A stretch of DNA of 64,000 nucleotides from an uncultured cyanobacterium. Lineage in GTDB: Bacteria > Cyanobacteriota > Cyanobacteriia > CAKZMO01. Under the pieces are notes generated by a model that saw only the letters and a list, made by a program, of their open reading frames with translations, was not told where the DNA came from and made no database searches. The stretch is from contig CAVRCJ010000006.1 in the NCBI GenBank assembly GCA_963719515.1, forward strand, positions 32,001 to 96,000, in the 5' to 3' direction. The translations under genes and the position numbers were made by a program. Below, piece after piece: positions 63,285 through 64,000 of this stretch (within the stretch, counting starts at the first letter, position 1; every line of letters begins with the position of its first letter).

Positions 63285-63359
63285 AATTTATAATTTAGCC
63301 ATTCTCTTCTAAACGTTATTGACAGCAGCCGTTGAATTGAACTACTACAAAAAATCACT

Positions 63360-64000
63360 ATGACTATCGCTTCCCAACCTTCTACACAAGAAAAGTTGTC
63401 TCAGCAAAGCGCAAATAAAACTATAAGAGTTTTATTTGTCAGCCATACCTACGTTGTGGGAATCAATCAAGGCAAGCTCAAGGCTATTGCTGAAGCCGGG
63501 GCCGAAGTAGGATTGCTCGTCCCTCAAATTTGGAACGCTCCTCAGTGGAACAAAGATCTTGAGATTGAAAAGCCCTACCCTCAGATAAAAATCTACACTT
63601 CTCCTGTTTGGTTTGGAGGCAGAGCGGGCGCTCATCTATACCCTCCTCAAGAGATCTTCAAAGCTATTCGAGATTTTCAACCTGACATCATTCAAGTTGA
63701 AGAAGAAGTTTTCTCGCTAGCCGCTTTTGAAGTTTGCTTTTGGGCAAGGTACTTCAAGATTCCAGTCGTACTCTTCGGTTGGGAAAATATGGATCGTCAG
63801 CTTGCACTTCCCCGTCGCTGGCTGCGTCAGTACGTATTTGATACCGTTCAAGGAATTCTGGCGGGCAATCATGAAGGCGCAGAACTCGTCAAGAAATGGG
63901 GATATGACAAGATTGTTGAAGTAATGCCTCAAATGGGCGTTGATACTGAGGTCTTCTCGCCGAGCTTAAGGAAGAACCAAAACCCCAACGTTCCACTCTG
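63360..64000 (+). CDS. Glycosyltransferase family 4, N-terminal part (runs off window)
   Basis: ATG 63360 open to the end: RVLFVSHTYVVGINQGK...FQPDIIQVEEE...FGWEN...PQMGVD; absent from the ORF track because it has no stop. Confidence 0.85.
   Translation, partial: MTIASQPSTQEKLSQQSANKTIRVLFVSHTYVVGINQGKLKAIAEAGAEVGLLVPQIWNAPQWNKDLEIEKPYPQIKIYTSPVWFGGRAGAHLYPPQEIFKAIRDFQPDIIQVEEEVFSLAAFEVCFWARYFKIPVVLFGWENMDRQLALPRRWLRQYVFDTVQGILAGNHEGAELVKKWGYDKIVEVMPQMGVDTEVFSPSLRKNQNPNVPL

Overview
Cyanobacterial chromosomal segment. The HIP1 octamer GCGATCGC recurs throughout, and por, bicA-like, cofG, PAM68 and hetZ-related genes are present; gene content suggests a filamentous Leptolyngbya-type organism (inference). 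Most of the window is core metabolism: dapL, icd, spp-ruvA-rpsO-PAM68-aroF, lexA, glgX, por and tRNA-Cys. Three accessory parts stand out. (1) At 1-3850, a frameshift-riddled gene encodes HTH + about 16 near-identical LRRs + Roc-COR GTPase + the start of a TIR domain. Its 69-bp repeats vary almost only at three solvent-exposed codons, making it a candidate diversifying immune receptor, and a stack of 21-bp repeats and REP/REPIN-like palindromes lies upstream. (2) At 33.2-38.8 kb, a guanidine-utilisation locus is split divergently: gdmH-ghaA-ghaB leftward, and a guanidine-I riboswitch plus ABC importer rightward, with an NtcA site between them. (3) At 52-64 kb, an AT-richer sulfated exopolysaccharide cluster (wzc, wza, WecB/TagA, ABC transporter, two sulfotransferases, GT2, GT4). 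Also present: a DXCF cyanobacteriochrome kinase, a catalytically dead orthocaspase, an IS5 remnant and a candidate sRNA. All calls come from reading the sequence and recognising motifs; no database searches were run.
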